In this document: piece by piece, positions 1 to 11,259 of the stretch | Layout of the letters: every line of letters starts with the position of its first letter | How positions within the stretch are numbered: the stretch's first letter is position 1 | NCBI GenBank assembly: GCA_004431415.1 | Contig: QPMI01000416.1 | Span: forward strand, 496,001-560,000 | Origin: Cyanophora paradoxa CCMP329 | Taxonomy: Eukaryota > Plantae > Glaucophyta | DNA length: 64,000 nt | Reading direction: 5' to 3' | Position numbers and translations under genes: made by a program | The notes under the pieces: generated by a model | Seen by the model: the letters and a program-made list of their open reading frames with translations, nothing else | Database searches by the model: none | Told to the model about the DNA's origin: nothing

Positions 1-3000
1 CTGCAGCGAGCGTGAGGAAAGAAGGAGGAGCGACAAGGAGTAGGAACGAAGGGGAAGCGCGCCTGGGAGGCGGCGGCGAGGGACATCTGCTCGCGGGACG
101 GACGGCTCAGACGACATCGTCGCGGGGGGGAGGGGGGGGGGGTAGGAGGACCTGCTCGCGGGCGCGGGAGAAGGCGGAGACCACCACGGCGATGTACCAG
201 TTGAGCACCACCTGTCGGGGGTGGGAAAAGGTGCAGGAGTTAGGAGTTAGAAGTTAGGCGACGAGCCTAGACTAATCTAGTGAGGAGAACCAAAGAGGAC
301 TGATAGCTGAAGAAACTCATTTAGCAACTTGGAAGCCCTCCGACCTCGCGAGCTAAGAGCGAGACCAGCGGGGGCCGCCCAGCGCTCGGATTAACTAGTG
401 AGTTAGTTATCACTAGACTAATCTAGTGAGTTAGTAATAAGACGAATCTAGTGATTTAGTTAGATCCGAGGACCGAGGAGGACTGATAGATAGCCAAAGA
501 AACTCGTTTAACAACTCGGAAGCCTCCCGCCTCGCTAAGAGCGGGGGCTGCCCAGCGCTCGGACCCGGGAGAGCGACTAACGCCCGATCGAGGGGGGGTA
601 CACTCGGACTCGGACTCGGGGAAGCCTCCGACCTCGCTAAGAGCGAGACGAGCACTCGGACCCGGCCGAACGACCAACGCCCGATCGAGGGGGGGTACAG
701 GGCGCACGAAGACTCCTAGGAGGACGAAGGCGAGGAAGAAGACGGAGGCCGCCATCCCCGCGTTCGGCTCCGGGCCCTCGTCCACCTGGGGGGGGTACAG
801 GGTTAGGGATATTTTCTTTTTTTTGGGGGGGGGGGTAAGCGGACCCCGCGGGCGTCGACGGCGTTCCACATGATCGCCATCCATCCCTGAGGCAGCGCGG
901 GGTACGCCGAAAGTAAGATAAAACTAGATCGCGCCGTGTCTGGCGATAGAGAGGGGCTCCCGACGGGATCCGCTCGCGAACGAAGGGTGAGATGCGAGCG
1001 GGTCCCGTCCGTCGCGGAAGGGGATCGACAGGAGCTGGAAATAGATAGACAGAGAGAGAGAGGGCGGAATCCTATCGCTAGGGGGAAAGGGAGGGAAGCG
1101 CTCGCCTCGAACATGGCGACTTCGAAGCACGTCAGGAGCGCGTTCAGCACATTGTCGAAGCTGCGCCGGGGAAGAGAGGGAGCCGGGGTCAAGGTGTGGG
1201 GGGGGGGGAAGAGGAAGGACGAGGGGGGTACGCGCTTCGCGTGGTGGACGAGCCACCGCCTCTGCTGCTCCGTCTGCGCTCGCGCGGCGTCAGAATCGAA
1301 GAGAAGAAGTGGGCCCGAAGGGATTCGAACCCGGGTACTGGGATCGAGGAAGGAGCCGGAGCAGTCGTCCCGGAACTGAATCGAGCCGTCGTTGCAGTAC
1401 CCGTACCGGCCCATGAAGAGCTGTTCGGGGTAGGAGAAAATGAATCAGCGATGGGGGGGGAGCGAATGTGGCGGGGGGTACGCGGCGAGCCTGCACGCCG
1501 AGGGTGGCGAAGAAACCCCAGAACATCCAGATGAGACTGTACCCCCGGGGCGTAAGACAAGCGAGGCAGGCCGTTCGAATCAGGCGCAAGCAGGCCGTTG
1601 GGCATTAGCACTAGGCAAGCAGGCGCAAGGCCTGGAGCAAGCAAGCAGGGCGCGCGCGCGTCGTCGTAGATGGCGCACAGGGAGACGCGGAAGATGTAGG
1701 GGACCGCCTTGGCGACCGACATGACGATCACCTGCGCGGGGCGGGGCGGGGCGTGAGGCGGGCCGGGCGAGGGTACGGGAGAAAGGAAGGAAGGGGCGGG
1801 GCGCGCGGCGTAGGCGCGTGTATATCGTAGCTGGTTAAGGCTCGAGCTCTCTAAGAGCAGCTAAGCTTCTTTTCGAGCCCAATCAAGCTTCTCAGCGAGC
1901 TCAAACTCAACCGGGCTTCGAGCCGAGCTGGCTTCGAATCGAGCTGATCAAGCTCAAGCTCAACCAGCCTCAATCTCATCTTAGCTTGAGAGCGGATCGT
2001 GACCGAGGAGCTTGATCAAGCTTCTAAGCGAGCTCAAGCTCGATTAAGCTCAAGCCAACTAACTAGCTTTGGTTTAAAGCTTGAGAGCGGACGAACCTTG
2101 ACCTCGGCGACGCGGGAGACGAGGCGGAGGGGCCGGACGGAGCGGAGGACGCGGAGGGAGCGGACGGAGCGGGCGCCGCCCGCGCCGGCCGAGGCCAGCG
2201 AGGCCACCGACGCCACCGTGATCCCGAAGTCTGCGGGGGGGCGGGGCGGTCAGGAGCGAGGATTATAATAACAACAAGAGAGACGCGATAAGTAATGTGT
2301 ATATATGTGTAACATAAGTCTGCCGCGGGTCAATAAGAGGCGAGGAGTCTTTCATTCCTAGATAAAGCGGGGCGAAGAATGCCGCGTGGCGGGGCGTGGC
2401 GGGGGCGGGGCGGGGCGGGGGCGGGGCGTGGCAAGCGGAGGCGGTGAGGGGCGGGGGCGGTCGGGGGCCAGAAAGAGAGATTACAGAGGAAAAGAAGCAT
2501 CGCGGGCTAGCCTATTCTCAAGAGGCGGCTAGCCCCCTTGCGAGGGGCGGAGCGGGGCGACGAGGGGCGGCGCCATGCAGGGCGGTAAGCTGGGCGCGGG
2601 GCGGGGAGGGGGGGGTACACTGGGCGCGGGAAGCGGGGGGGGGGGGGGGGGGGACCGGCGGCGTTCCACCAGGACCGGAGGTAGCTTCGTCGGTCCAGCA
2701 CCAGGCCCGACTCCTGTACCCCCCCCCCCGGTTCGATTCAGAGACGAAAAAAGGGAAAAAAGGGACGGGGATACGCGCCAGGGAGCGGACGAGGACCTCA
2801 GCCGCGAAGGCGGCCGTGAAGATGGCGTCTAGGGCTCGAATCGCCTGCCGTGGCCAGAATGTTAATTTACGAGAACCAAGGCCAAAGTGCTTATTGATGG
2901 CTGTTCGATCTTAGAGTCTTGGCTTGGAGGCGCACGGTGGCGGCGGGGCCGGTGAGGGAGGGGTTGTCGACGGCCAGGACGACGCATGAGCCGAGGATGC

Positions 3001-6000
3001 ACAGGAGCACGGCCCTGCGCGGAGGAGGGGAGGGAAAAGGGGGTTAGAGAGAGGGGCGGGGGGGGGGGGGGGGGGAGGGGGGAGGGGGGGAGGGGGGGGA
3101 GGGGGTAGCGCCCACCGCTCGAAGAGGGGGAGCGGATGGCTGAGCGGAGGCGGGCGCGCGCGCGGGAGTGGGGGGGTAGGAGGAAGTAGGACCAGCCGGC
3201 GCGCCAGGGTACGAGGGAGGCCCGCCCGAAGACACGGGGGGGCCAGTCCCCGTCGGGTACCTGAGCGAACGAAGCGAGCTTTAGAGAACGAAGCGTCCTC
3301 GTCTAATAATAGAACGTACCTCGTCGGCGGCGGGGCCGGCGGGGCCGGAGGCGGAGGCGGAGGACGCGCGGGCCTCCTCGGGGCGCCGGTCGAAGCCGGC
3401 GGTCACGACGACCGCGAGCATGCGGCCCAGCGCCGACGGCACGTTGCGCCGCCGCCGCGCGGCGAGCGCCGCCGAGGGCTGGATCGGGGCCGAGGAGGAG
3501 AAGGCTGGAGGGGCCTTAGGCACGGGAGTAGCTGCCAGGGACATGCTCCCCCGAGGGGCGCGGTCGCCCCCGGCGTCCGAAGCCGAGCCCGGCCTCGTGC
3601 CTGCAGGATCTCCGCCTCCGCCTCCGCCTCCGCCTCGGCCTTCTCCTTCGCCCGCGTCGCGCGAGTCGACGCGGGCCCCTCCAGCCGCGTCCAACAGATC
3701 CATGTCCACAAAGCTCGCCGCGCTCTCCAGGCGCTCAGCGATCGCCGCGGCCGCGGCCGAGGCCGAGACGGAGGCCGAGGCGGAGGCCGAGGTGGAGGCG
3801 GAGGCTGAGAGCGGGCCCCACTCCAGCCAAGACGCGGAGGGCCCCGCGGGTAACAGAAGGCGCCCCCGGCGGCTCCGCGCCGATCCGACGCCGCCGACGC
3901 CGCCGACGCCGAAGAAGCGGCCGGCAAAGGCCGTGTCGAGGGAGACGCGGAGATGGGTCCGCCCCCTCTGCTGCTGCTGCTGCTCCGCCCCGTCCAAGGG
4001 CAGCACGGTCGGGCTGCCCGGCGACAGCGGCGGCAGCGGCGGCAGCGGCGGCTCCGCCGCGCCCGGCTCCGCCGCCGGGTCCGGCTCCGGCTCGGGATCG
4101 ACGAAGCAGACGAGGCAGGGCTCGGAGGCGCTGCGGGCGAGGCGGGCGGGGCCCACGGCCAGCGGCACGCGGGATGCGAGGGACTCGTTGGGGCCAGGGA
4201 GCTCGAGCCGGAACCCGACGCGGCGCTTGGATGCCGTCGCCGCCGCCGCCGGCGCCTCGCTGCCGCTGCCGCTGCCGCCGCCTGGGTCGAGCAGCCGCCG
4301 CCGCTGCCGGCGCGCGGGGCGGACGACGGGTCGGTCGAAGAGGCCGCCGAGGAGGACGAGGAGGAGGAGGAAGAGACAGGGTCCTGGGCGGGGGCGGCCT
4401 GAGGCGCCTCCTGCGGGGCCGCCGCCGCCGCCGCCGCGGCGGGCGTTGCGGGCGGCGTGGGCGGGTCCGGAGCGGGGATCGAGGCCTCCTTCTCGCCCTC
4501 GAAGCCCACTGCCACGTCTTCCAGATCGAGGGCCGCCGCCGCGGGGCCGGAGCCGGCGCCGGCCGCCGGGGAAGAGACGGCCCGCGCCCCGAGGCCCCCG
4601 GCGGCGCGCCGCGGAGGCAGCCCCTCGAATGAGAGCCGCCGCCGCGCGCCATCCTCTTCGGAGTCCGACGGGTCCGCTGGCGGCGCAGGCGCCGCCGCCG
4701 CCGCCGCCGAGGGCGAATGCATCGGGGATGCGGGGGAGGAGAGCGGGGGTACGAGCCCGACGTCGTCCATCGCGAAGCAGACCTGCAGAAGAGGGGGGGG
4801 GGGGATGAACGGAAGGGGGGGCAGGAAGGGGGGGAGAGAGCGGGGGTACCAGCGGGTGGGGGAAGCGGGGTACGGAGGTGGCCGTCCCGACGTCCGCCGC
4901 GGGGGAGAGCGGGGAGAGCACTCCCCTCTGCGCAGACACGAGACAAGGGTAAGGATCGAACTGGAGGGCCCTTTATCGCGTTGTTCTCGTGAGCGGCAGC
5001 AGCGGACCTGGGCGTCGCGCTGGCGGGCGAGGGAGCGGCGCCAGTCTACATAGGAGCGCGTGCTCGCGAGCCCCTCGATCCGCATCTGAAGCGAGCGCGG
5101 GGGGGCGGGGCTCAGCGAGGAGAAGCGCGGGGGCGGCGGGGCTCAGTGTGTCGCAAGCGCGGGAAGGCAACCAACTCTCTTATGAGGCCCATCACATCAT
5201 TATTATAATTTTCAGGGGCGAAAGCTTAAGCGGGCGCGCCATTCCGGTGAGGAGGAGCCTGGGAAGGACTTAGGCTCTAGTGAGGCTCCTAAAGGAAGCC
5301 AGCTATATGCAGCCAGCTCTTAAGCTTAAGCTCAAGCTTGAGCGGGCGCGGACCAACTAGATGGATATCTCTAGGAGGCCCTTAGGGCCTCGGAAGCGCA
5401 ATTGTCAAGGGCGCAAGCTTAGTTAGCGGGCGCGCCATGCCGGTGAGGAGGAGCTTGACGATGACGCGTTCGACGCGGGACTGGCGCTCGCGGATCGCCG
5501 CCAGCTCCTCCTCGATCACCTGAGGGCGCGGGCGAGCGGGTGAGGGCGAGGCCGTTAGAGATAGATTAACCGACTAGATAGCTCTATTAGAAGCGGGGCC
5601 GTTCAGGCGCGGCGGTCAGCGGTCCGGCGGTTGGTCGTGCGGTGCGCGTCGGGCTCGCGGCGGGTCGCCGTGATAGATAGCTTAAACGACTAAACAGATA
5701 GCTCTATGAGGCCTTTGTAATTCTCGGTCCGGTGCGGTCGGCGGGGGCGGCGCGGGTGCGGCGGGGGCGGACGCGGCGGGTCTCCTCGGCGAAGAGGGAG
5801 TTGATAAGGATGGCCACCAGCCCGTTGATCACGATCCAGCTGCACGTGCGAGGGTTGAGCGGGGCGGGGGGAAGAAGGGGGCGGCTGGGGGGGAGGGCAG
5901 ACGGCACCTGCCGAGGGCCTGGCGTGGCGTGGCGTGGAGCGGAAGAAGGAGAAGGGGCGGGGCGGGGCGCGCGGGGGGTCAGCGAGGCCAGGCCTGCTAC

Positions 6001-9000
6001 GATCCCCCCTCACAACGAACACGAACTACCGGCGAGCCCGCGATCCCCCCCCCCCCCCCCCCAACAAGAACACGAGCTGTACCCCCCCCTCCCTTCCCAC
6101 CCACCCACCTGGACGGCGACGAAGTAGAGGGCGGCGGCGCCCCCGCGCGCCCGCATCGCCGCCACCATCACCTGAAAGGCGCGCGCGAAGCTAAGCTGAG
6201 GAGGAGAGCCAGGGAAGGAACGAAAGAAGCTGAGGAGCTAAGAAGCTAAGAAAGGAGCGAGGAGCTAAGAGGGGCGCACGAAGCTAAGCCAGGGGGAGAA
6301 GGGCGCGAAGCTAAGAAGCTGAGAAAGGTGCGAATCCGCGCGAATCAACCCCTAGGGCGCACGAAGCTAAGCGGAGGAGGAGCGGGAAGGATGGATGGAT
6401 AGGGAGGAAGGCTTCTCGGGTGAGCGAATGGATAGGGAGATATGGCTAGGCGAGCGAAGCTAGGGAGCTAAGCAGTTGAGAAGGCTTCTCGGGTGAGCGA
6501 AGCTAGGCAGCTAAGAAGCTAAGAAGCTAAGAAGGCTCCTCAGGTGAACGGCGCGCGGGCGGGCTCGGACGAAGCTAAGGCTTCTCGGTGAGGTGGGAGG
6601 GGCGCGGGTAGATCCGCACCCCGTTGTAGTCGTCGGCGGTGACGATGCGGAAGACGGTGAGCACCGACCCGTAGAAGTCGTCGAACTGGGGGGGGGGGGG
6701 GGGGGGGGGGGCGTCAAAGCGAGGCGAGGGCCGCCTTCACGCTGAGGGGCGACCCGGGTACCCCCCTCCTCTCGAACCCTGCTACCCCCCCGAGGGCGAC
6801 TCGAGTACCCCCTCCCCCCCCCCCGCCCCCGGTCCCCGCGCACCGTCGAGCGGAGCTCCCCGGGCTCCCACAGGCCCCTGCGGGAAGACGCGGGAATCAA
6901 AAGAGGCGCAGGAGGAGGGTGGGGGGGGGGGGGGGGGGGGGGGTGCGATGCGCGCACCCGAAGAGCTGCATGCCGACGAGGGCGGACGTGACGATGTAGA
7001 CGAGCAGCGTCGGGACGAACCTGAAGTGCGAACGAAGGTCAGAATTCCAGGGTGAGCAAGGCAGCTGAGGGCATTAGAAGGCGGAGAGCACTAGAAGTGC
7101 TAGAATTCCAAGAGAATTCCAGGGTGAGAAGGGCGGCGGAGGGCACTAGTAGATGTGATGGCTGGCTGGCTGGCCAAGCTTCAGCCGGCGCTCCCTGCCT
7201 CTCTCCCGCTTGTGCTAGCTAGAGCTAAGCTAACTAGTTTAAGAGTTTTAAGAGCTAGTTTCAGCTAAGCTAAGCTAGCTAGTTTAAGAGTTTGTCCTCC
7301 CTAGAGTTCTTAAGAGCCCGCTAAGCTTAGCTAGCTAGCTTCAGCCGCGTCGTAACGGGCGAATTCGAACGGACGGACGGACCCGGCGGCGGCGCGCAGC
7401 GAGCGGCCCGAGTCGACCGCGAGCGCCCGCAGCGTCTTGAAGCGGCAGTTGCGGAGGATGCGCGTGAAGCGGAAGACGCGGAAGGGGTACAGGAAGAGGG
7501 CGGGGCGGTCCCGGGGCGAGGAGCCGGGGCGGGGGGCGAGCCCCAGCTGGACGATCCCGAGGAGGGCGACGAGAACGTCGATCAGGTCCGTCGCGCTGCG
7601 AACGAACGAACGGACGAACGCTCAGCCGGGAAAGGCTGGAGCCGACACCAAAGGCTGGAGCGGGCGGCCCGGGCCCCACGCACCTGCCGAGGAGGACGCG
7701 GGCGGATCCGCGTGCGTAGAAGCGCAGCGCCGCGTCGGCCGCGTACAGGACGACAAGGACGATGTTCAGCGCGTCTGGCGGCGCGGAGCGCGGAGGTGAG
7801 CCGGAGAGAGAGGAGAGGGGGTGGGGGTGGGGGGGGGGGGCTGGGGGGGGGGGGGGGGGGGGGGGCTGGGCGCGGCGGGCGCGAAAGGGTGGACGGAGGC
7901 CGGCCACGGAGGCCTGAAGGGAAGGCGGGCGGGCCGAGGGCGCACGGAAGACGGAAGACGGTGAGCCTAGCTAGCTAGGAAGACGGCGGGCCGGGCGCTT
8001 CTATCGGAGGAAGGGCTCGAAGCCTCCCTCGCCTATCGGACGGCGGCGGGCTTCCCTAGGCCTATGTCTATACCCTCTCTAGTCTCTATCTGAAGACGGC
8101 TGGGACTACATAAACGTCTAGAGCATCTGAAGGACTGTCTCAACCTCTAAGCCACGGAGGACCATCTAAACGTCTAGAGCATCTAAAATAGACGATGCAT
8201 CCGGGTGCCTCCAGGCTTATCTGAGCCTGAGCCTCTATCTCTTATCCTAAGGACGGCGGGCCGGGGCCGGGGGCGCACGGAGTACGGCCAGCCCCGTCTC
8301 GCCCACGTCGGCGTGGTAGCAGGAGAGGACCACCGCGCCTCCCCACGTCGCCGCGTCCGTCGCGTACCTGCCGGATAGATAGTCAGAGAGAGGGCTATAT
8401 TTAGAGAGTTGGCTGGTGGGTTGGTGGGGGGTACCGGTAGGCGGGGGAGACGAGGAGGTCCTCGACCCGCTGGCGCCGGGGGGGTAGGCCCGCCGCCGGC
8501 TCCCGCGCCCTGCGAGTAGCTCAGGCGGGGAGCTCAGATCAGATCTGATCTGAGCGGCGGGGTACCGCGGACCGGGCGAGGAGGCGGGAGAAGACGCGGG
8601 CGGGTACACGGAGGAAGCGCGCCCGCAATCGCTTGACTGCCCTCGCCTCGGGCTCCAGGCGCGTGTCTGGGTACAGGTTGAGAAGGACATGACAGAGAAA
8701 AATGAGATTGGGTCGTACCCGGGGCCGGCCCGTCGGAGAGCCCAGCGCGGCGAGAGCGCTCCGCGATTTGCAGGTTGACGTAAGTGTCGTTTACCACGGC
8801 GAGCACTAAAAAATAGGGAGGGAGGATGGCGTCAGGGGGTACAGGACGAGAGGGGTGGGAAGGGGCGGGGGAGGGGGGTACTGAGGTTGAGGATGAGGAA
8901 CGATCCGATGAGGATGACGGACCAGAAGTAGGGGACGGATGCAGCCCCCACCGAGTCCCATACCTTGAGGGGGGGTACATCAGCGGAGCCGGAGGAGGGG

Positions 9001-11002
9001 GCGGGATCAGCGTACCCAGTACATGAACGTCGACCAGCCGTTCGTGAGGCACTGTACGGGAAGGGGCGGCTCAGCTTGGGGGTACGGGCTGGGCGGAGGA
9101 GGGGTAGGGGGGAGGGGGGAGGGGGTACCTGCCACAGGACGAGCCATGCGGCCGGCGCCGTATCGAACGACGTGTACCCGTACGTCGGATTCGTCGAGGG
9201 GACTGCCGAGGGGGGTACGGCGTCATGAAGGCCACGATGGATGGGGGGGGCTGAAGGGGCGGGGGTACCGCAGATGAACCCGGGCCCGGGGTTGCGCGCG
9301 GGGGGTATGTTCGGCCCGCACAGGTACTCGGGACTCTCGGGGTCTACCCCCGCCGGCGGCTCGCCTGGGGTACGCGGGGCTCAGTCTTGGCTTGGAGGAG
9401 GGGTACGCGAATCAACCGGGGGGGAGGGGATACCGGTCAGGCCGTCGACGGGGTGGAAGCGGAGGGAGCCCGCGAAGACGGATACGCCGATGATGCCGAA
9501 CAGCGCGAAGAAAAAGACGAGCTGGATGGCGCACTGCGGGGGAGGGGGGATGCGGCGTTAGGAAGGCGGGTACGGGAAGCGGAGGAGGGGGGGGTACCTG
9601 AAGCAGAAGGGGGATAGCGGCGAGCACCGCGCGAGTGAAGACGCGGACGGCTGCGGGAGGGTTACGAGGCGGGGGGGTAGGGGGTAGGGCGGGGGGGCGG
9701 GGGGCGAAGCTCGGAGGCGAGGCGGTGAGGAGGGGCGTAGAGGAGACGGGCGAAGATAAGGCGGAGGATGAGACGGGGCGGGGCGCGCGGCGACGCGCGT
9801 TCTGAAGCGGGCTATAGCTAGCTGGAACGGAGGGCGGGCGGGGCGGAGCGGGGCGCGGGGGCGCGGGCGGGGCGCGGGGGCGCGGGCGGGGCGCGGGGGA
9901 GACGGGGCCGGGCGGGGCGGGGCGGGGTGCGTGTGAGGCGGGGCCGGCTGGAGCGGGAGGCAGGGCGGGGCGAGACGGGGCGCGGGGGCGTGGCGTGGCG
10001 CTAAGACGGGCGGTCTCACTTCGGATTGCCGAGACGGATTTGAGCGTGCGGAGCAACCGTATCGTCCGCAGAGAAGTGAACGAGTCGACCTGCCCGCCGC
10101 GGCGGTCGGGCGGGCGCTCGGGCGGGCCGGGCGGCGCTGGAGGAGCGGAGGGAGAGCGGGGGCGCACGGCGGGGAGGAGGGCGATCCAGCCTAGCGCGGT
10201 CACTAAGAGCTCCAGGACGAGCCAGGGGGACCGCAGGTAGGCACCCGGGTGCAGCACGAAGCCTGCGCGCGGCGGGGCGGGGCGGGGCGGTGAGCGCGGG
10301 GTGCCAGCGAGCGGGCAGGCGGGCGGGCGGGATCCCGCCGCTTGCGCACCAAGGACGACAATCTTGGCGAGGCACTGCGCGCGCGAGCACTCGCGTCAGG
10401 CGGCGGCAGGGCGCGGGCGGGCGGCGCTTCGGAAAGGGATCAAATTCGAACGAGGGCGCGCCTCTGCAGTGAAGTAGATGGTGACGGCCAGGTCGACGGC
10501 GAGCCAGGCGCCGCGGCCCTCTCTCGTCGCAGCCACAGCGCACGCCAGCGCCACGGACAGCAGGTTCAGAAATCCGTAGAGCCTGCGCATCGGCCGGAGT
10601 CGGGCACGCTAGATAGATAAGACGAGGCGCCGCTTCGGCCGCGCGGCGGGCGGGAGCGCACGGCGAGTGGAGGAAGCGCTGCAGGGAGCGTGCGGCAGCG
10701 GGTCGGGTCAGCTGCGGTTTGCGGGGAGGCGCACGCTACCGCAAGAAGCACCGCGAGCGTGACCCGAAGTCGATGCTCGGGGCTGAACAGGAAGCAGCTC
10801 CTAAACGGGGTGATGAGAGAAAGATCATCATGGCCGTCGTCCTCCGCCGCCGCCAGCACCAGAGCCTCCCTCCGCTCGCTCGGGTGCGCCTCCGGCCCGG
10901 GAACCTGGAGGAGGTGAGCCGCCGGGCGGCAGGCGATGCCGGGAGCCTTTGCAGCTTGCAGCACACACGCACCGGTGGCCCCTTGAACCTCACCTTCTTC
11001 AT
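1..11002 (-). CDS. Four-domain voltage-gated cation channel alpha subunit (Cav/Nav-like), multi-exon. Domains I-III lie in the window; the 3' end runs off the left edge.
   Basis: Stitched exons give the pre-S1 segment RSCFLFSPEHRLR and three S4 segments (DI SLRTIRLLRTLKSVSAIR; DII FRVFRFTRILRNCRFK; DIII VRSLRVLRSVRPLRLVSR). Pore loops: NPTYGYTSFDT...WQCLTNGWSTFMYW, FDDFYGSVLTVFRIVTADDYNGVM, and SFDNVLNALLTCFEVAMFEGWMAIMWNAVDARG. S6-like segments: WIVINGLVAILINSLF and VVLNWYIAVVVSAF. Long low-complexity II-III linker at ~3.3-5.1 kb. The start ATG (MKKVRF) at 11002 is inferred. Confidence 0.9.
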
Positions 11003-11259
11003 CGCACGCGGCCGCTCGGGCGCGCTATCGCCTCGATTCCATGCTCGGCTGCCGCGATCTACTCAATCTCCCGCGGCGACGGGGCGCTCAATCAGGCCAT
11101 TCCTCGGAGGCCTGCCGCCCTCCGAGCACTTGCGATTCGAGGGTTCGGCACTGGGCGGGTCCCTTTCGGAACAGATACCGAGGTACCGGTAACTGCCGCA
11201 GAGCGATCCAGCCGCCCCGCGACCGCCAGAAGCACTCTAGAGCTAAGCACAGGCGTGAA

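Noticed and set aside
1315-1395. GGTTCGAATCCC (tRNA T-loop/B-box-like) on the minus strand; similar motif at ~22397
   Set aside because: No cloverleaf or acceptor stem. At 1.3 kb it is an exon/intron junction of the channel gene.
1820-2095. TpA/AGCT-rich introns as evidence of fungal-type RIP
   Set aside because: Recent duplicates (ACAD copy, terminal palindrome) show no excess of C>T transitions by eye; insertions explain the pattern better.
3281-5085. Several overlapping 400-560 aa ORFs on both strands
   Set aside because: Stop-poor GC-rich sequence. Only one minus-strand frame is the channel II-III linker; the others are shadow ORFs. The same applies to most of the ORF track.
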